64,000 nt of DNA from Nitrospirota bacterium (GCA_963737155.1 CAVTRN010000001.1:1568001-1632000); one strand, 5' to 3'. Counted from the stretch's first letter, positions 51,395-62,555 are shown. Numbers and translations are program-made. Notes: generated by a model from the letters alone, not told the origin.

Positions 51395-54300
51395 TTAGTT
51401 TTTTACTCTGTCGTTTTTTTGGATTTTTTCCTCTCGTTCTATCCGTTCACCTTCCTCAAGGAATTTCGACGAGATTTCCTTCTCAATATCGTCCTTAAGC
51501 TGATCAAGTGAAATTAAGTCTCCTTTTCTAAGCTCCTTGAGTTTCGCGTTAATATCCCGATAGCGGGGGTTGATGCTCTGGACTTGCTGAAATTCCCGGA
51601 GGGCGCTGTTGGTATTTCCCGCGCCTTGGTAGGCAAGACCAAGGTCATAACGCATTTCGACATCCGCCTGCTCGTCTTCGCCCATGCCTTTCAGGTTAGT
51701 GAGGGCATATTCAATTTCAATGATGGCATTTTCGAATTCCCCCTTTTCCATGTAGCAGAGTCCAAGCATATAGCGGCTATGAACAAATTTTGGCCCTCCT
51801 TCGGTGGGCAGATTGAACTCCGCGATGGCGTCATCGAGAAGCCCCATTTCCTTGTAGGCAACGCCGAGGTTATAGTGAGAATCAACGTCCTCATAGGTTG
51901 ATTGTTCGACACCGCGCTTGAATTCCTCGAAGATTTCATCGAGGCTCTGCTCCTTGGCAGCGGCAGACTGATCAGGAACTGCTATGCCGCTAAGATCATC
52001 CCTGAGTTCTGAAGCGAGGTCGAAGTAATCGTTGGACTTCTGTTCCTGTCTCCCAGCGTTGGATGCATGACTATCCTTTTGCAGCTCTTCTCCCAGGTCA
52101 AAAAACTCCTCTTCTTCGGTTCCCTGGGTCGGGCCAGCAACTGCGTCTGCTGGGTCCTCCTCTATCCAGGGAGGATCAGACGGCTGGTGGGTTTCGGTTT
52201 TCCGCGGCGTTGTGGGAACAGGTGGTTGCTGCTCTAGTTTCTTCAGCGCTGAAATCTCGCTCATGAGATCGCGAACAGCCTCTTCATCCGAGGCACTCAA
52301 CGGCAGCTCTTGATCCGTGGGCTGGGCAGAAAGGGCTCTTTCCAGGTCCTCAACAGCGTCGGCCAAGCGGGTGAATTTCTTTGTCTCTTCCTCCTCCCGT
52401 GAAATTTCGGCAAGACGCGCAATAGCCTGCTTCTCATCGGGGTTTAGCTCGATGATTTTCGCATAATGCTTTTTGGCTTCATTAAACAGGCCTTGCTGAT
52501 AGTAGAATTCAGCCTCAGCCCACATTTCGTTGCTGTCGACTTCGACAGACGGTTCCTGGACAGGCTCTTCCCCGGCCTGTCCGGAAAACTCTTCCTCCCC
52601 TTTCGGCTCGATGGCGGTCTCCGCGGTTATTTCCACTAATGCCGATTTCTCGGCAACTGGTGTGGTTTCGTCAACAATGATCTGGGGCTCGATTTCCGGA
52701 GTGGTTTCCCCATTGCTTGGTGGCTCCTGTTCATCCGGTGTGGGTTGCTCGATGAAATTCCGGTAACCGCTTTCGGTGACGGATGATTCGACGGCAGGCG
52801 AAACCTCCTGGACAATGTGTGGTGGGGTTAATTCAGACTCAAGATAGTCGGTACTGAAGGAACCTTCTTCAACACCGTGTTGGGATTCTGGTTCAGAAGG
52901 GGTGGTGAGCAGGGCGGAGGAATCGACCTCCGCGGTCTGGAGCGCGTCCCCATGGAAGCTCTCGAAAACGCTCTCATCGGTGGGAGCGGGTTCGTGGGCG
53001 GGCAATTCCTCCGATGGGGGAGGCGTTGTTTCGACTTCCTGAACGACTTCGGCGGGCAGGTTATAAGCCGTATCATGGGTGTCAGGAGAAAACACTGTTG
53101 GTCCTGTCTCTGCAATATGTAGTTCATTGGTCACGGCGATTACCGGAGCCACCTCGGGCGTTTCCACAAGGGGTTCGCCAAAGAGCTTGGACTGGACCTC
53201 TGCATTGGTAGGGTCAATTGCCAACACTGTCCGCAATATTTCTTCTGCTTTGTCCTGCATTCCTCGCGCGGTATAAAGATCGGCAAGGATGATCATGTGC
53301 GAGGCCGACTTGCCCATCTGACCGAGATCGCCATAGAGATTGCCCAACTTGACGCGGATCTGGATGTTTTCAGGGGATTTTTGCGCCAGGTTCTCGAGCT
53401 GTTCAAGCGCTTTTGTCGCTAATCCGTACTTGACGAGGACATCAATTTCAGCACACGCTTCGGTGATAGCCGGGTCTATGACTTCCGGTTCAGGAGCCCT
53501 CTCCGCCGACGGGATGACGGACGGAGTTTCCATGATCGGAGTTTCGGTATAAGGCGGTTCTTCGACCGGCGTTTCCAAATCCGGGATTGTAGACTGCCAT
53601 TCAACAGGTTTCCATTCGACCGACTCCACAACAGAAGCAGAAATTTTCGGCTCTTCCGGCTCAGCTGAAGGAGAAATGGCTATGATCGATGTACTCAGTC
53701 GATTGCACAGTTCGTGGGCCTCAGACATTTCGGGGTTGATATCGAGGGCCCGCCCAAGCACTGCTTTCACACCGTCTCGGTTACCCTGATCATAAAGGAT
53801 TTCAGCTGCTTGGAGAAAAGTCCGGGCGGCATCATCATCCCGTCTTACGGAGATATAAAACTCGGCCAGTTTCAACCGCCCCAGCGTGTAGTTCGGGAAC
53901 GCGGCAATGAATTTTTTCAGGCTAGCTTCGGCTGCATTCTGGTCGTCCTGTGCGATGAAGACGTTGGAAAGAGCCACTGCCATATTAAGCGCCTTGTCAT
54001 GGTCTTTTCTTGATAGATATATCGTATATAGTCTCTGAATGGAATCTATTCTGTCGGGGGCCGCGTCGATGATTCTCCTGAGCACCAGTTCCGCATCATT
54101 GTCTTTACCAGCGTTGATAAGCGCGTCCACGTAGGTGTCGGCTAATTCCCGGTTGTCGGGATCGTTTTCAAAAGCGGGCTTCAGGGCTTTACAGGCTTCG
54201 CTGAATTTCCCTTCTTTAATATAGACAATGCCGGCTTTGTGATAGACGTCTTTGTTTTCGGAATCGAGAGACAGAACTTTTTCGAACAGTTGGCGGGCGT

Positions 54301-54853
54301 CATTGAATGCATTTTTCGAGAGGTAAACATCCGCGGCGTCTAGATATGCCTTTGACGCTTCGGCAACCATGCCCTGTTTTGCATACATGTCGGCGAGTTT
54401 GATCCGGAAAGCGATGTTGGCTGAGTTCAGGTCAGCCATTTTCTGATAGATGCTGAGAGCTTTGCCCATATCCTTCTGCTGGGTATAGTAATCTGAAACG
54501 ATCTTATAACTCTCTAATGCGTTACCGGTAAGGCCCTTCTCCGCGTTCAGATCGCCGAGGGCGAGATACACCTCAATATTTTGGGGGTCAATGTTAAGGG
54601 TTTTTTTATAGAGGGCGATGGCTTTGGATGTAAAGCCGTCCGAGGCTAGAATATCAGCGGCCCGCCGGTACGCCTCAACAGCATCGGCTTTTGCGTCCTT
54701 TTTCATGCATAGGTCACCGATGGTGTTGTAAAGATTGGCGTCATGCGACGATTCGCATAGGAGTTTTTTCCATTCCGCAATGGCCCTGTCATATTGGCCC
54801 CGTGCAACGAACTTCTGGGCCTCTGCCATTACGATATTTTTGTCGAGAGCCAT
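51395..54853 (-). CDS. Large TPR protein with an acidic Pro/Glu-rich linker
   Basis: N-terminal TPR array, long E/P-rich disordered middle, C-terminal TPRs (SHYNLGVAYKEMGLLDDAI); start at MALDKN. Confidence 0.85.
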   Translation of the reverse strand: MALDKNIVMAEAQKFVARGQYDRAIAEWKKLLCESSHDANLYNTIGDLCMKKDAKADAVEAYRRAADILASDGFTSKAIALYKKTLNIDPQNIEVYLALGDLNAEKGLTGNALESYKIVSDYYTQQKDMGKALSIYQKMADLNSANIAFRIKLADMYAKQGMVAEASKAYLDAADVYLSKNAFNDARQLFEKVLSLDSENKDVYHKAGIVYIKEGKFSEACKALKPAFENDPDNRELADTYVDALINAGKDNDAELVLRRIIDAAPDRIDSIQRLYTIYLSRKDHDKALNMAVALSNVFIAQDDQNAAEASLKKFIAAFPNYTLGRLKLAEFYISVRRDDDAARTFLQAAEILYDQGNRDGVKAVLGRALDINPEMSEAHELCNRLSTSIIAISPSAEPEEPKISASVVESVEWKPVEWQSTIPDLETPVEEPPYTETPIMETPSVIPSAERAPEPEVIDPAITEACAEIDVLVKYGLATKALEQLENLAQKSPENIQIRVKLGNLYGDLGQMGKSASHMIILADLYTARGMQDKAEEILRTVLAIDPTNAEVQSKLFGEPLVETPEVAPVIAVTNELHIAETGPTVFSPDTHDTAYNLPAEVVQEVETTPPPSEELPAHEPAPTDESVFESFHGDALQTAEVDSSALLTTPSEPESQHGVEEGSFSTDYLESELTPPHIVQEVSPAVESSVTESGYRNFIEQPTPDEQEPPSNGETTPEIEPQIIVDETTPVAEKSALVEITAETAIEPKGEEEFSGQAGEEPVQEPSVEVDSNEMWAEAEFYYQQGLFNEAKKHYAKIIELNPDEKQAIARLAEISREEEETKKFTRLADAVEDLERALSAQPTDQELPLSASDEEAVRDLMSEISALKKLEQQPPVPTTPRKTETHQPSDPPWIEEDPADAVAGPTQGTEEEEFFDLGEELQKDSHASNAGRQEQKSNDYFDLASELRDDLSGIAVPDQSAAAKEQSLDEIFEEFKRGVEQSTYEDVDSHYNLGVAYKEMGLLDDAIAEFNLPTEGGPKFVHSRYMLGLCYMEKGEFENAIIEIEYALTNLKGMGEDEQADVEMRYDLGLAYQGAGNTNSALREFQQVQSINPRYRDINAKLKELRKGDLISLDQLKDDIEKEISSKFLEEGERIEREEKIQKNDRVKN

Positions 54854-54989
54854 AGAATAAAAATACCATAAAGCTCGCCGGAGTGTCAACATGAACGTCT
54901 TCGCAATCTTCGCAGACTTCTGTGTGAACGGAGAGATTACCCATATTCCGCCTTGATTTTGATCGAGAATCATGTTAAATATAATTATA

Positions 54990-55508
54990 ATGACAATTCG
55001 CATAATTCGAACTTATCCGGATCCTGTATTACGTATCAAAACGGCCCGGGTTGAAAAAATTGATAATTCCCTGAGTCAGCTCATACAAGACATGATCGAG
55101 ACAATGCATGCTGCGCCGGGAGTCGGACTCGCAGCCAACCAGGTAGGGGTATCGCTCCAGCTAGCTGTAATCGATCTGAGCAGCAGGGAGGAAGATCAAC
55201 AGCGTCATCCGCTCATGGTCATAATCAATCCCGAAATCCTTTCCTTGGATGGGACTGTTGTTGAAGAAGAAGGGTGCCTGAGCATCCCTGACTATGCCGA
55301 GAAGACGAAGCGCGCGTCAAAGGTCAGGGTGCGCGCCCAGGATCGAACGGGAAAATTTTTTGAAATTGCCGCGGAAGGTTTGCTGGCAAAGGCCTTGCAG
55401 CATGAAATTGACCACTTGAACGGCATCTTGTTCATCGACAGGCTCAGTCCCCTCAAGAAAAGCATCTTCAAGCGAAGATTCAAGAAACTCGCGGTTGAAC
55501 AGGCATAA
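54990..55508 (+). CDS. def: Peptide deformylase
   Basis: GVGLAANQ, EGCLS and QHEIDHLNG motifs. Confidence 0.98.
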   Translation: MTIRIIRTYPDPVLRIKTARVEKIDNSLSQLIQDMIETMHAAPGVGLAANQVGVSLQLAVIDLSSREEDQQRHPLMVIINPEILSLDGTVVEEEGCLSIPDYAEKTKRASKVRVRAQDRTGKFFEIAAEGLLAKALQHEIDHLNGILFIDRLSPLKKSIFKRRFKKLAVEQA

Positions 55509-55648
55509 ATCACCAGTCAAACCCCGGGAATCAGGCGACTTATTCCGGCCGACCGACGGTAATCGTGCTTATGATCAAACATAGCACGAGAACCATCGAC
55601 AAAACTGCCGTTTGTAGGAGTCCGTATCCGCGATTCAGGACATCCGAC

Positions 55649-56581
55649 ATGAAACTTGTTTACATGGGAACGCCGCACTTTGCCGTACCGCCGCTTCGCG
55701 CGCTTGCAGCTGGGGGACATGAAATCGTCGGTGTTGTGACACGGGTCGACAAGCCAGCGGGAAGAGGCAGGGTTCTTGCCTCGCCTCCGGTAAAGCAAGC
55801 TGCTGCTGAAATGAAGCTTCCGCTGTTTCAGCCGCGGCGCGTTCGGGAGCTCGAATTCATCGCCAGGCTCCAAACACTGAACGCTGAAGCCATTGTGGTT
55901 GCCGCCTACGGACAGATTTTGCCGAAAGAGATACTGACAATCCCGAAATTTGGCTGCATTAATATTCATGCATCGCTGCTGCCGCTCTATCGCGGCGCCG
56001 CGCCAATCAACTGGGCCATCATGCACGGCGATGCCGAGACCGGGATTACGATCATGCAGATGGATGAAGGAATGGACACTGGCGCGATGCTTCTGCAGGA
56101 GAGCATTCCGATCGATCCGAAGGATACGGCGGGTTCTATGCTTGAAAAGCTTTCCTCACTGGGCGCCCGGCTCATCTCTGCGGCATTGCCGTTGATTGCC
56201 GCTGGGAGTATTGTTTCCCGCATACAGGACAATTCGAAGGCGACACTCGCACCGCTTCTTAAAAAAGAAGATGGGTTCATTGACTGGCAGCTGTCCGCTG
56301 TCGAGATACACAATCGTGTTCGCGGACTATCCCCTTGGCCAGGCGCGCACACATCCCTGGATGGGAAAATGATCGAGATCCTTGAGTCGGAGGCAATGGC
56401 TGGCAAAGGGGGGGAGCCAGGCGTTTTGGCCGAAGCGGAGAAGGGCGTGCTGGCTGTCGGCACCGGTTCCGGACTACTCCGAATTGTAGCGCTGCAACCG
56501 GAAGGGAAAAAGCCTATGACAGCTGCGGATTTTTTACGGGGCTACCACGGCCTGGCGGGAAAAAAGCTGTCAAAGAAGTAA
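55649..56581 (+). CDS. fmt: Methionyl-tRNA formyltransferase
   Basis: MGTPHFA, NIHASLLP.YRGAAP and MDTG motifs. Confidence 0.98.
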   Translation: MKLVYMGTPHFAVPPLRALAAGGHEIVGVVTRVDKPAGRGRVLASPPVKQAAAEMKLPLFQPRRVRELEFIARLQTLNAEAIVVAAYGQILPKEILTIPKFGCINIHASLLPLYRGAAPINWAIMHGDAETGITIMQMDEGMDTGAMLLQESIPIDPKDTAGSMLEKLSSLGARLISAALPLIAAGSIVSRIQDNSKATLAPLLKKEDGFIDWQLSAVEIHNRVRGLSPWPGAHTSLDGKMIEILESEAMAGKGGEPGVLAEAEKGVLAVGTGSGLLRIVALQPEGKKPMTAADFLRGYHGLAGKKLSKK

Positions 56582-56643
56582 TAAATCAATAACCCTCAAT
56601 GTTGTGTTGAGTTGACCCTGAACATTGAATTTGGCGGATACTT

Positions 56644-57411
56644 ATGCCGGAACCCCAAAAAAGAATCTTTATTGGCCTTATCGTCTTCTCGGTGTTTCTC
56701 ATCACCGCAGTTACGGTGGGGCTGTATCTGATCCCCTATATAGGGCTCAGAAATATCCATCCCTTTGCACCGGAGATTGTTTGTATCACCATGGGAACGG
56801 TGATCGCTGCACTTGTCATCGGCGTGGGACTGCTCATCCTGACGCTTGTCCGAGGCAGGGAAATTTTTTTTGCATCACGGCTTCGTGGGATCGTAATTGA
56901 AGTGCTCTTTCCCATTATGATCGGCATTGGAAAAATCCTCGGTATCTCTAAGGAAAAGATTCAGCAGTCCTTTGTCGAGGTGAACAACCTTCTGGTCAAG
57001 GCCAAATGCAGCGATATTAAGCCTAAACGCATTCTGCTTCTCATGCCCCACTGTCTCCAGTTCAGCGACTGCGCCATCAAAATAACGAGCGATGCCTACA
57101 AGTGCCAGTCCTGTGGCAAGTGCAAGATAAAAGACCTTGTCATGCTTGCCAAAAAACATGACGTGCATCTATCTGTTGCGACGGGAGGAACTCTCGCCCG
57201 GCGGAGGGTCGCGGAGGCGAAGCCTCAGGCCATCATCGCCGTTGCCTGTGAGAGGGATTTAACGAGCGGCATTCAGGACGCCTACCCGCTTCCCGTGATT
57301 GGTATTTTGAATGACCGTCCCTTTGGCCCCTGTTACAATACGAGCGTCGATATTAGCAAGGTTGCCGAGGCGCTCGAATTCCTCGCGAACGACCGCTGTG
57401 AGCCTCGTTAG
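56644..57411 (+). CDS. DUF116 family membrane protein
   Basis: LMPHCLQ, CxxCGKC, VATGGTLA and AVACERDL motifs. Confidence 0.88.
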   Translation: MPEPQKRIFIGLIVFSVFLITAVTVGLYLIPYIGLRNIHPFAPEIVCITMGTVIAALVIGVGLLILTLVRGREIFFASRLRGIVIEVLFPIMIGIGKILGISKEKIQQSFVEVNNLLVKAKCSDIKPKRILLLMPHCLQFSDCAIKITSDAYKCQSCGKCKIKDLVMLAKKHDVHLSVATGGTLARRRVAEAKPQAIIAVACERDLTSGIQDAYPLPVIGILNDRPFGPCYNTSVDISKVAEALEFLANDRCEPR

Positions 57412-57479
57412 AAAACGCCGAAGATGGATTCTTACGGGCATTGATTTTCGAACGCCATTGCAGGGGCAGGTTAAATCTG

Positions 57480-58811
57480 GTGAACTATATCGATAAACCG
57501 CGGGAGAAAGCGGTCGAGATCCTTCATCGTGTGGAGGAGGGCTTTTTTGCCGACTCCTTGCTCGAACAGGCGCGGCAAACCTTCGGGGCGCTGGACAGCG
57601 CGTTCATTCTTGAACTCGTCTATGGGATCCTCAGGAACCGCGCCCGGCTGGACTGGGCCTTGAATCTCCTTTCTGCTCAGCCTTTGGAAAAAACCGATGC
57701 CTGGACTCGGAACATCCTGCGAATGGGCGCCTATCAGCTGCTCTTTCTGGACCGGGTTCCTGCGAGCGCAGCGGTGAATACGGCAACTGAGCTAGCGAAA
57801 GTGTACGGGAAAAAGCAGGGCTATGTAAATGGGTTACTCAGAAATCTCGACCGAAGGCGGAGTGCGATCTCCTTTCCTGGACCGGATGATCTGGTAAAAC
57901 GTCTGGCTGTTCTCTACTCACACCCCGCGTGGCTGATCAGACGCTGGCTCGAACGATATGGTGCCCAAACCACGGAGTCGCTACTGGGCACCAATAACCT
58001 GCCTGCATCGCTTGTGATCAGGTGTAATACCCTCAAGGTAACGAGAGATGAGCTGAAAGCGTCCTTGGCATCGCAAGGGGCTGAATCGCGGGAAACATCC
58101 TATTCGCCGGTCGGGCTCGAAATTTTTTCGTCACCAGGCATCCGCGCACTTTCGGCCTATGAACAGGGTTGGTTCATGGTACAGGATGAAGCGGCCCAAC
58201 TTGTCAGCCTTCTGCTTGCTCCTGGACCAGGCCAAACCGTCCTCGACGCCTGCGCAGCGCCTGGAGGAAAAGCCACGCATCTGGCCGAACTTATGGGGGA
58301 CCGCGGAACTATTGTAGCCCTTGATAGCGATCACACGCGGGTCGCTAGAATCCGGGAAAATATCAGCAGGCTTGGGCTGAAGATCATTACCCCAGAGAAA
58401 GGCGACGCGACACAGTATCGAGAACGCTCGTTCGATAAGGTCCTGATCGACGCGCCGTGCTCGGGTTTGGGCGTTCTGCGGAGGCATCCCGACGGCAGAT
58501 GGCTTAAGAATGAGCGGATAATCTGGGAGCGGGCAGCGGTTCAGCAGCGGATTCTAGAAAATTGCGCGAACCTGCTAAATCCTGGTGGGGTGCTCGTCTA
58601 TGCGACCTGCACAACAGAGCTGGAGGAAAACGAGGGGTTAATCACCGATTTTCTCACCGGAAGAAGAGGCGATTTTACAATCGATGATCCCCGTCCGTTT
58701 CTACCCGTACAGGCTGCAGTTTTTGTCAACGATACGGGATTTTTTTGCACGTTCCCTAACACATTGGGCATGGATGGCTTTTTCGGGGTGAGGCTGGTGA
58801 GGAAACACTAG
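57480..58811 (+). CDS. rsmB: 16S rRNA m5C967 methyltransferase RsmB
   Basis: NusB-like N-terminus; VQD, DACAAPGGK, DAPCSGLG and YATCT motifs; start approximate. Confidence 0.96.
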   Translation: MNYIDKPREKAVEILHRVEEGFFADSLLEQARQTFGALDSAFILELVYGILRNRARLDWALNLLSAQPLEKTDAWTRNILRMGAYQLLFLDRVPASAAVNTATELAKVYGKKQGYVNGLLRNLDRRRSAISFPGPDDLVKRLAVLYSHPAWLIRRWLERYGAQTTESLLGTNNLPASLVIRCNTLKVTRDELKASLASQGAESRETSYSPVGLEIFSSPGIRALSAYEQGWFMVQDEAAQLVSLLLAPGPGQTVLDACAAPGGKATHLAELMGDRGTIVALDSDHTRVARIRENISRLGLKIITPEKGDATQYRERSFDKVLIDAPCSGLGVLRRHPDGRWLKNERIIWERAAVQQRILENCANLLNPGGVLVYATCTTELEENEGLITDFLTGRRGDFTIDDPRPFLPVQAAVFVNDTGFFCTFPNTLGMDGFFGVRLVRKH

Positions 58812-59026
58812 GAAAAGACGGCTGGGGATGGTATTTGCCAACCCCTGCTATTCGGAAGTTCTTGCATCTTAATTTCAATATGGTAAAATACATATTCCGC
58901 TGCGATGCGTCTAAGGATTGCATCCTCCAAGGAGGTACGAATCCGATCGTCCTCTTCACGATCATTGCCTTCACCCTTGATCCCTTGCCATAAGCGGGGA
59001 GGAGCTTTTGAGAAAGGCTTTTTTAA

Positions 59027-59743
59027 TTGAAACAGTTCCTGAAAAGTCTTGTTATTTTTATTGCACTTGTTGGTATCGGCATTGTCAGCGCCTTTGCCGT
59101 CGTTGCCCTTCTCCTCCGCCAGGAGGAGGTGCGCGTGCCCGATCTTGCGGGCCAGGACATCGTGAGCGTACTTGAAACGGTTAGACAGCTGGGCCTGGAA
59201 ATCAAGGTCGACCGGAGAGAGCCCAGCCAAACACTGCCACAAGATACCATTATATCACAGATCCCAGCGCCAGGAAGCGGGATAAAAAAAGGACGACAGG
59301 TACGGGTTGTCGTGAGTCAAGGTTCCAGTGAATATTTAGCGCCGAAGCTCGTGGGTGAAAATTTTCGCAAAGCCGACATCATGATTCGGCAGGCCGGTTT
59401 TTTCACTGGGGCAGTATCGAGGGTCTCCTCCGACAGCATCGAACGTGACATGGTGATAGCCCAAGCCCCACAGGCGGGTAGTTCGCTGGAAAAGGGTGGT
59501 ACCCTCAATTTACTGGTGAGTGCCGGCAAAAAGCCGAAGATCTTGAGCATGCCGGAGCTAACTGGCAAACCGCCAGAAGAGGCATTAAGAATCGTTGATC
59601 GGCTTTATCTGCAGCACCGGGTACTGATGCGGTCCGCAGGCTCAAATGCCGCGGGACCGAACCGGATTGTGATTAGCCAGAAGCCGACCGCAGGCTATCC
59701 TGTATCAACCGATGCAATAGTGGATATCGTGATAAATAAGTAG
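59027..59743 (+). CDS. PASTA domain membrane protein
   Basis: One TM segment plus three PASTA repeats (VPDLAG, PKLVG, MPELTG; ISQ.P..G). Confidence 0.9.
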   Translation: MKQFLKSLVIFIALVGIGIVSAFAVVALLLRQEEVRVPDLAGQDIVSVLETVRQLGLEIKVDRREPSQTLPQDTIISQIPAPGSGIKKGRQVRVVVSQGSSEYLAPKLVGENFRKADIMIRQAGFFTGAVSRVSSDSIERDMVIAQAPQAGSSLEKGGTLNLLVSAGKKPKILSMPELTGKPPEEALRIVDRLYLQHRVLMRSAGSNAAGPNRIVISQKPTAGYPVSTDAIVDIVINK

Positions 59744-59950
59744 GGGTAGCCCGATGCGGTTGCTGACGGTCAGGCGAATGTTTTACGAATCCGGGTCTCG
59801 TTTTAGAATAGTTTTTAACTATCTGGGAATCAAATCCGTTACCCGCAAAAAACGCGAACGATGCTAAGGAAGCCTAAAAGTTAGACATGAGCCCTCATTG
59901 ATCGCCACGAAATAATTTATTATTATAGATTTTAATCTCAAGGGAGTCAC

Positions 59951-60610
59951 ATGACCTATAAAATCAGGGTAGCGCCCTCCATTCTTTCCGCTGACTTTTC
60001 CAGACTGGGCGAGGAGATCAAGGCCGTTGAAGCTGCGGGCGCGGACATTATTCATATCGACGTAATGGACGGACACTTTGTTCCGAACATCACGATCGGG
60101 CCGATCATTGTGGAAGCAGCACGCAGGTCCACGAAACTTCCCTTGGATGTACACCTCATGATCACCAATCCCGAATTGTATATTGCCGATTTTGCAAAAG
60201 CGGGGGCCGATTACCTCACGGTGCACGTCGAGACCGCCTTTCACCTCAATAGGCTTGTCCAATCCATCAAGGAGCATCAAGGCGTGAGGGCGTCGGTGTC
60301 CTTGAATCCGGCAACCCCGCTTTCGAGCTTGGATTATATATTGCCGGAGGTGGATATGGTGTTGATCATGTCCGTAAACCCCGGGTTCGGCGGACAGGCC
60401 TTTATTCCATCAGCGCTAGACAAGATAGCAAAACTCAGGAAGTTGATCGATGCACTGGGCCTCAAGACCGAGATCGAGGTGGATGGAGGCGTTAAGCCCG
60501 ATAATGCCGCAGCTGTCATCAATGCTGGCGCCGACATCCTCGTCGCAGGGTCGGCGATCTTCGGCAAGAAGGACTACGCAGCGGCGATCAGGGGTATTCG
60601 TGGAAATTGA
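59951..60610 (+). CDS. rpe: Ribulose-phosphate 3-epimerase
   Basis: [31 protein letters not shown] and VDGG motifs. Confidence 0.99.
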   Translation: MTYKIRVAPSILSADFSRLGEEIKAVEAAGADIIHIDVMDGHFVPNITIGPIIVEAARRSTKLPLDVHLMITNPELYIADFAKAGADYLTVHVETAFHLNRLVQSIKEHQGVRASVSLNPATPLSSLDYILPEVDMVLIMSVNPGFGGQAFIPSALDKIAKLRKLIDALGLKTEIEVDGGVKPDNAAAVINAGADILVAGSAIFGKKDYAAAIRGIRGN

Positions 60611-60696
60611 ATAGTCGTCGGTGCTATTGAAATTTATATGTTATATATTGATCTCTGTATATTGAATTTTGAAGTTATTTTCCGGAGGTGCATTCC

Positions 60697-62487
60697 ATGA
60701 CTATTAAAAGGCAGACAGTAAAAATTCCCTTCGAACTCAAGGACGTGAAGGAGGCTGTTCTGTACCGCGAAATGTTCCCCTATTCGAGCGTACCGAGAAT
60801 CGTGCTTGAAGACCGGCTTATTCAAACCAACATCCCGAAGGACATTTGGATCACCGACACGACGTTTCGCGATGGGCAACAGTCCCGGCCACCCTATACG
60901 ATCCAGCAGATCGTCGATATCTTCGATTTCCTTCACCGGATGAGCGGCCCCAATGGAGTGATCCGCCAGTCAGAGTTCTTTCTTTACTCGGAGAAGGACC
61001 GTGAGGCGGTGCGGCTCTGCCTGGGGCGGGGATACCGTTATCCGGAAGTTACTGGATGGATTAGAGCAAATAAGAACGATTTCAAACTTGTGAAGGAAAT
61101 GGGTCTCAAGGAGACGGGCATTCTTACCTCGTGCTCGGACTACCACATTTTCCTGAAGTTGAACATGTCTCGACAAGACGCTATGAAACAGTATCTCGGT
61201 ATCGTGACGACGGCGCTTGAGCAGGGCATCAAACCACGCTGCCATCTGGAAGACATTACCCGGGCTGACTTCTACGGTTTTGTCATCCCCTTTGCGCAGG
61301 AATTGATGAAATTGTCGGAATCGTCGAAAGTCCCCATCAAGATCCGCGCTTGCGATACCATGGGCTACGGATTCCCATTTCCCGGCACGGCGCTTCCGCG
61401 CGGAGTGCCGGAAATCTTCTACGCGCTCATTCATGACGGCGGCGTACCTTCAGAACAGCTTGAATGGCACGGCCATAATGATTTTCATAAGGGGCTGGTA
61501 AACGGCGTTGCCGCGTGGATGTATGGCTGTTCGTCGGTAAATGGCGCGCTTCTTGGATTCGGTGAGCGTACAGGCAACACTCCCATTGAGGCAATGCTGA
61601 TGGATTATATCAGCCTTACCGGCAACGATTCAGGCATCGATACGACAGCGATCACTGAAATGGCTGAATACTTCCAGCGTGAGATGAAATTCCCGATCCC
61701 GTCCAACTATCCCTTCGTTGGCTCCGAGTTCAACTCCACGAGCGCTGGCATTCATGCCGACGGCATGATGAAGAATGAAGAAATATATAATATCTTCGAT
61801 ACCATGAAGATCCTGAAGCGGCCCATGGGCGTGATTATTACAGACAAGTCGGGGGTCGCTGGCATCGCTCACTGGGTGAATAGCCACTTGAACCTGGACG
61901 CGGACAAGAAAATCGACAAGCGCCACCCGGGCCTTGCCAAGATGCATAAGTGGGTGATGGAGCAGTACGAGCAGGGCAGGACCACGAGCATCTCGCACGA
62001 CGAGCTGTTGGAAAAAGCGAAGAAGTATCTGTCCGAGTATTTCGTCTCAGATCTCGATAAACTGAAGAAGAAAGCGCAGGAGATTTCTCTCCATCTCGTC
62101 GAGGAAATGGTGGAACGGAAAGAGATGCGCACGATGGAGCACGCGGAGCAGGAGTCGGTCCTGCAGAAGCTGCTGGACGATAACGCCTTCATACAATTTG
62201 CCTACGTCGTGAATGGCGAGGGGAAAAAAATCACGAAGAACATCACTCAGATCCAGTACAAGGCCCAGTTCGAGAATTCGGGGCTGGGGGACAACTTCTC
62301 GGATCGTCCCTGGTTCATCAGCCCCGTGAAGGATGGTAAAAGCTTCGTGTCGGATTTTTATACGTCGAAGATAACTGGTGCCCTGTGTATCACGGTATCG
62401 GCGCCTATTGCCAGCGACAGCAACAACATCATCATCGGCGTTTTCGGTGTGGACATTCGGTTCGAAGACCTGGTGCGGGCAGAATAA
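60697..62487 (+). CDS. DRE-TIM metallolyase, Re-citrate synthase-like, with a C-terminal Cache/PDC-like domain
   Basis: DTTFRDGQQ, EWHGHNDF, GERTGN and AGIHADG motifs; C-terminal FSDRPWF..SDFYTSKITG..ITVSAPI..GVFGVDI. Confidence 0.8.
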   Translation: MTIKRQTVKIPFELKDVKEAVLYREMFPYSSVPRIVLEDRLIQTNIPKDIWITDTTFRDGQQSRPPYTIQQIVDIFDFLHRMSGPNGVIRQSEFFLYSEKDREAVRLCLGRGYRYPEVTGWIRANKNDFKLVKEMGLKETGILTSCSDYHIFLKLNMSRQDAMKQYLGIVTTALEQGIKPRCHLEDITRADFYGFVIPFAQELMKLSESSKVPIKIRACDTMGYGFPFPGTALPRGVPEIFYALIHDGGVPSEQLEWHGHNDFHKGLVNGVAAWMYGCSSVNGALLGFGERTGNTPIEAMLMDYISLTGNDSGIDTTAITEMAEYFQREMKFPIPSNYPFVGSEFNSTSAGIHADGMMKNEEIYNIFDTMKILKRPMGVIITDKSGVAGIAHWVNSHLNLDADKKIDKRHPGLAKMHKWVMEQYEQGRTTSISHDELLEKAKKYLSEYFVSDLDKLKKKAQEISLHLVEEMVERKEMRTMEHAEQESVLQKLLDDNAFIQFAYVVNGEGKKITKNITQIQYKAQFENSGLGDNFSDRPWFISPVKDGKSFVSDFYTSKITGALCITVSAPIASDSNNIIIGVFGVDIRFEDLVRAE

Positions 62488-62519
62488 GAAAATCCAAAAG
62501 CCGCGAATATAACGCAAAG

Positions 62520-62555
62520 GGCCTTGCGGTTCCTTCCGGAATGCGAGGCTTTTTT
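62520..62555 (+). terminator. Intrinsic terminator
   Basis: GCCTTGCG..TTCC/GGAA..TGCGAGGC hairpin followed by TTTTTT. Confidence 0.75.
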
